Origin: Vibrio porteresiae DSM 19223
GTDB lineage: Bacteria; Pseudomonadota; Gammaproteobacteria; Enterobacterales; Vibrionaceae
Reading direction: 5' to 3'
Assembly: GCF_024347055.1 (NCBI RefSeq)
Contig: NZ_AP024895.1
Span: forward strand, 3,405,607-3,445,606
Length of the DNA: 40,000 bases
This document shows, piece after piece, positions 36,256 to 40,000 of the stretch. The position numbers were made by a program, and so were the translations under genes. Below the pieces are notes generated by a model that was given only the letters and a program-made list of their open reading frames with translations, was not told the DNA's origin and searched no databases. Each line of letters starts with the position of its first letter. The first letter of the stretch is position 1.

Positions 36256-38282
36256 TGCTTCTCTTCCATTTGATCGATAAAGGCTTGGATTTCAGCAGCA
36301 TGACGACGCTCATCACCAAATTTTGGTAATACAGGAATCGTCTGGTCTTCCATTAACTTCAGGCCTTTTTCAGATTTGTACAGCTGCTCAGCACGAATGT
36401 AGTTGTACTTGCGCTGAGTAATACCATCAGCCGTTACACCATTGCGAATAATGGTGGGCTTGATAAATACCATCAGGTTGCGTTTTTCTTTTTCGGTGCT
36501 GTTAGAGCGGAACAACTGACCAATGATCGGAATATCACCTAACCATGGCACTTTGGATTCACTTTCTGCAGTACGGTCATCAATCAAACCGCCGAGTACC
36601 AGCATTTGACCATCACGCACCATCACAGAAGTATTGAGCTGGCGTTTAGCAAAGCGCACGTCGACCGCTCCACTTGCGCCTAGCACGCTAGAAACTTCTT
36701 GCTCAATGTGCAACTGAACAGAATCACCTTCGTTGATCTGAGGGATCACTTTCAACTTGATACCCACTTCTTTACGGTCAACCGTTTGGAATGGATTACT
36801 GTTATCAGAGCCGGTGGTAGAACCGGTAATAACTGGCACCTCTTCACCAACGACAACCGAGGCTTCACCGTTATCCATGACGGTAATACTTGGTGAAGAC
36901 AGAATATTCGTATCTGACGTATTTGATACTGCGGTAATTAACGATTCCCAGTCACCCATCATGATGCTCACTGCAGCACCTGTCGTGCTTGATAAGGTAT
37001 CGGCCAGGTCTGAGTAGTCACCTGATTCCGTAGTATCGTAAGAGTGACGAACACCGCTGTTATCGTAGTAATAACTGGTGCTGGTTTGATCTTTTGCTTC
37101 TTCACGACCAATCATCACACTACTAATGGAAGTACCGCTGTTACCGTATTGAATAACCGAACCACTTTCTAGGGAGCCCCATTGCACACCCAAGCTCATA
37201 CCAGCAGTTTCAGACATTTCAACAATTAGCGCTTCAATCAGCACCTGCGCGCGGCGAATATCCAGTTGCTTAATAATGTCGAGCAGTGATTTCATCACAT
37301 CTTGCGGCGCACTGATCACCAATGAGTTGGTCTCTTTGTGAGCCGAGATAATCACGTCACTGCGTTGCGAACCAGAAGAGGCTTTATCGCCGCTGCCTTT
37401 TTTACTTTTCAACATGCTATCGGAGACACCCTTTAGCACATCCACTAAATCTTCCGCTTTCGCATATTTAAGGTAAACCACACGGTTATTACCTTGCACT
37501 GCCATCTCAACGTCCATCTTCTCGATCAGAGAACGCATACGAGCGCGAACTTTCGGATCGCCCGAAATCAAAATGGAGTTGGTGCGTTCATCAGCAACGA
37601 ATTTAGGTTGAAGAAATTCGGGGGTGTTCTTAGCATCGTTACTTTTGCTCAACGCTTCAACGATACGAACCATTTCTGAAGCGGAAGCATTTTTCAGTTC
37701 TACCACTTCAACGTCTTTATCGCCGGCTTGGTCAACACGGTGAACAATATCCGCGAGACGATTAACCACAGCAGCACGACCTGTCAGCAAGATAATGTTG
37801 GCAGGATCATAATGAACAACGTTGCCTGCGCCCGCGTTATCAATGAGTTGGCGTAACAGAGGAGAGAGTTCGCGCACTGATACGTTCTTCACCGACACCA
37901 CTTGTGTGATCACTTCATCGCCAGCAGCTCGGTCATTATCGCCAAGAACGGGAATAGCAGCCGTTTTCGCATCTTTCGATTTGACTACTTTCAATACACC
38001 ATTATCCATTGGGACAACAGCAAACCCATATACCTGCAACACGTTTAAGAAAAAGCTGTAATACTGCTTCTCATCCAAGGTATCGTAGCTGCGCACATCA
38101 ATTTTGCCGCGAACCGCTGGGTCAACAATGATGGTTTTCTCCAGATTACGACCAACAATGTTGATAAATTCTTGAATATCCGTGCCCTTAAAGCTGGCAC
38201 TGAATTCATTCGCCCATGCCGTAGGCGTCAACATGGTCGCGGCGGCAATAAGCCATGTGCTCTTCTTAAGCCAATGCTTCAC
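36252..38282 (-). CDS. epsD: Type II secretion secretin D
   Basis: It is 676 aa with a signal peptide, N0-N3 domains and a secretin C-domain ('[16 protein letters not shown]'). Confidence 0.95.
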   Translation of the reverse strand: MKHWLKKSTWLIAAATMLTPTAWANEFSASFKGTDIQEFINIVGRNLEKTIIVDPAVRGKIDVRSYDTLDEKQYYSFFLNVLQVYGFAVVPMDNGVLKVVKSKDAKTAAIPVLGDNDRAAGDEVITQVVSVKNVSVRELSPLLRQLIDNAGAGNVVHYDPANIILLTGRAAVVNRLADIVHRVDQAGDKDVEVVELKNASASEMVRIVEALSKSNDAKNTPEFLQPKFVADERTNSILISGDPKVRARMRSLIEKMDVEMAVQGNNRVVYLKYAKAEDLVDVLKGVSDSMLKSKKGSGDKASSGSQRSDVIISAHKETNSLVISAPQDVMKSLLDIIKQLDIRRAQVLIEALIVEMSETAGMSLGVQWGSLESGSVIQYGNSGTSISSVMIGREEAKDQTSTSYYYDNSGVRHSYDTTESGDYSDLADTLSSTTGAAVSIMMGDWESLITAVSNTSDTNILSSPSITVMDNGEASVVVGEEVPVITGSTTGSDNSNPFQTVDRKEVGIKLKVIPQINEGDSVQLHIEQEVSSVLGASGAVDVRFAKRQLNTSVMVRDGQMLVLGGLIDDRTAESESKVPWLGDIPIIGQLFRSNSTEKEKRNLMVFIKPTIIRNGVTADGITQRKYNYIRAEQLYKSEKGLKLMEDQTIPVLPKFGDERRHAAEIQAFIDQMEEKQ

Positions 38283-38311
38283 TGATTACTCCTAGACTTG
38301 ATGCATCAGAT

Positions 38312-39244
38312 TTACAGACCAAACTGGATATCTTCTAATTGATCATCCCGCTCTACTGTTAAATTAATTTCTTGTGTATCGGACAAAGCACCTAGCACTT
38401 TGGTCAGGGCGTCCGCATCCTTTAAATCCACACCATTGATCGAAACAGCAACATCGCCGTCTTTCAAACCTACGGAGTCAAACAATGCTCGATCTGAGCC
38501 AGCAGAAAGGCGATAACCTTTAATGTCATCACCTTCTTTCACTATGCTCAATCGGACATATTTCAATAACGCTTTAGGATCGTTTTGTATCTCTTGATGA
38601 ATCTTAGCCAACTTATCTTGTGGATCAGGAGACTCATCATTGACCTCTTCATTGGCAACTGGTTCCACTCGAAGAGGTTCAGGATTATCCAGTGCAGGTT
38701 TAGAGTAGTCGACACCATCCAACATGAGCGTCTCGTCTCGGCCTTCATTGTCGAGAATCACTCGATCCACCAGCACCGCTTTGAGCTTCACTCGAGTGCC
38801 TTGAATCACTTCGTTGATACCATAAGTATCTTGAGCACCACGATTTGCAATGACGGCCAAACTCAGAGAGGGATCAGAACTTGCGACCACACCCGCCAAA
38901 GTCAAATTAAGTCGAGTCTTAGGAGCATCCACTTTCACGGAATTATTGACATCAGCTTGTTGATTCGGAACGTAATGACCAAATAAGTCTGCCTGTTTTA
39001 GCGAATCAATATCAATATTCGATTCGTTTTTGCTCACAACAACGTGAGCCGCAGCCCAAGTTGGAACTGCTTTGGCTTCATTAGGAATTAACCATATGAT
39101 TTCCCCTAAAATCCAAGCAGTTGCCACCAATATTAAGGTCGTTAATGTTTGACTCGTTGGCGATTGCCAAGGCCGGGTTTTAAACCACGCAGCCACTCCG
39201 TTAAAATGAGTCAAAAAATGCCAATTTAAATCCATCCGCTCCAC
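38312..39244 (-). CDS. epsC: Type II secretion protein C (PDZ-containing)
   Basis: It is the first gene of the operon. It has an N-terminal TM segment and a C-terminal PDZ-like 'GLKDGDVAVSINGVDL'. Confidence 0.85.
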   Translation of the reverse strand: MERMDLNWHFLTHFNGVAAWFKTRPWQSPTSQTLTTLILVATAWILGEIIWLIPNEAKAVPTWAAAHVVVSKNESNIDIDSLKQADLFGHYVPNQQADVNNSVKVDAPKTRLNLTLAGVVASSDPSLSLAVIANRGAQDTYGINEVIQGTRVKLKAVLVDRVILDNEGRDETLMLDGVDYSKPALDNPEPLRVEPVANEEVNDESPDPQDKLAKIHQEIQNDPKALLKYVRLSIVKEGDDIKGYRLSAGSDRALFDSVGLKDGDVAVSINGVDLKDADALTKVLGALSDTQEINLTVERDDQLEDIQFGL

Positions 39245-39448
39245 AGTTAAGAGAGTCCTTATTTAGAGAGTTGATAAGCAGGAACCTTTAAATTCAAGAT
39301 ATTAATAAAGCGCGTAAATATAACACAGGGTCATGACATAATCATGTTGCCCGATAAATTATGTACAGCGCTTGAAAATAGACTATCCCGACTCCATTGT
39401 TATCACTAATACAAGTAACAAAACAAATATTAGAGGTATTTTGCCGAC

Positions 39449-39835
39449 ATGAGTTCCAATTCTGAGGCAGTTAGACTCGATAAATGGCTTTGGGCTGCTC
39501 GTTTCTACAAAACACGCTCTATCGCCCGGAATATGGTCGATGGCGGTAAAGTTCACTATAATGGGCAACGCAGCAAGCCAAGTAAAGTGGTCGAATTAGG
39601 CGCAACAATTACCCTAAGATTAGGGTATGAAGAAAAAACCGTCATAATCGAACAAATTTCAGAGCAGCGTCGTGGCGCGCCAGAAGCGCAGGCAATGTAT
39701 CAAGAAACCGTTGAAAGCATTGAAAAACGCGAAAAAAACGCCTTAGCGCGTAAACTGCACGCGGTAAGCCCAAGTCCAGATCGTCGCCCGGATAAAAAAC
39801 AACGACGCGACATCATTAAATTTAAACATCAATAA
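39449..39835 (+). CDS. hslR: Ribosome-associated heat shock protein Hsp15 (S4 domain)
   Basis: 'VRLDKWLWAARFYKTRSIARNMVDGGKVHYNGQRSKPSK' is the HslR signature. hslO follows. Confidence 0.9.
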   Translation: MSSNSEAVRLDKWLWAARFYKTRSIARNMVDGGKVHYNGQRSKPSKVVELGATITLRLGYEEKTVIIEQISEQRRGAPEAQAMYQETVESIEKREKNALARKLHAVSPSPDRRPDKKQRRDIIKFKHQ

Positions 39836-39855
39836 TAGAGAGCCGGAGTTTCCTC

Positions 39856-40000
39856 AATGGCAAACAACATGCTAAATCGCTACCTTTTTGCAGATCTATC
39901 AGTACGTGGCGAGCTGGTACAACTGGATGAAACCTACCAGCAAATGATCACCGGTAAGGACTACCCAGCACCTGTTCAACGTCTCATCGGTGAGTTGGCG
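39856..40000 (+). CDS. hslO: Hsp33 redox chaperone, partial (5' end only)
   Basis: My translation gives [48 protein letters not shown]. This is the Hsp33 N-terminus ('RGE.V.L') and it runs off the window end. Confidence 0.85.

Overview
The window is a Vibrio-type chromosome-1 core segment. Gene order is envZ-ompR, greB, a GGDEF cyclase, tex, bioH, comF, nfuA, nudE, cysQ, the 12-gene epsN-to-epsC type II secretion operon, then hslR-hslO. The core is interrupted by a 17.26-kb visibly AT-rich mobile island at 2210..19471, inserted precisely inside the resident greB between codons 49 and 50 with no target duplication. The left end of the island carries a translationally coupled recombinase operon. 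It comprises a 49-aa ORF, a 431-aa tyrosine recombinase, a 1325-aa tyrosine recombinase whose N-terminus holds seven near-identical 58-aa (174-bp) tandem repeats, and a 207-aa accessory protein. A complete but diverged replacement greB follows directly. The rest of the island is cargo. It starts with a decayed XRE / winged-helix / helicase-fragment module. Three cassettes follow, each bounded by direct copies of a conserved ~25-60 bp repeat. Cassette 1 has a membrane coiled-coil protein, an ImmA/IrrE (Gop-like) metallopeptidase, a Beta-family protein and a convergent sce7726-like PD-(D/E)xK nuclease. Cassette 2 is a RexA/RexB-like pair. Cassette 3 is a very AT-rich five-gene operon of three membrane proteins, a RelE/ParE-like small protein and a 313-aa protein with no motif I recognise. 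My best candidates for an undescribed system are cassette 3 (16973..19196) and the expanded cassette 1 (11568..14808). The greB-targeting, greB-replacing cassette-array island is interesting in its own right. All family assignments come from reading motifs and from memory of family sequences. No database search or alignment program was run.
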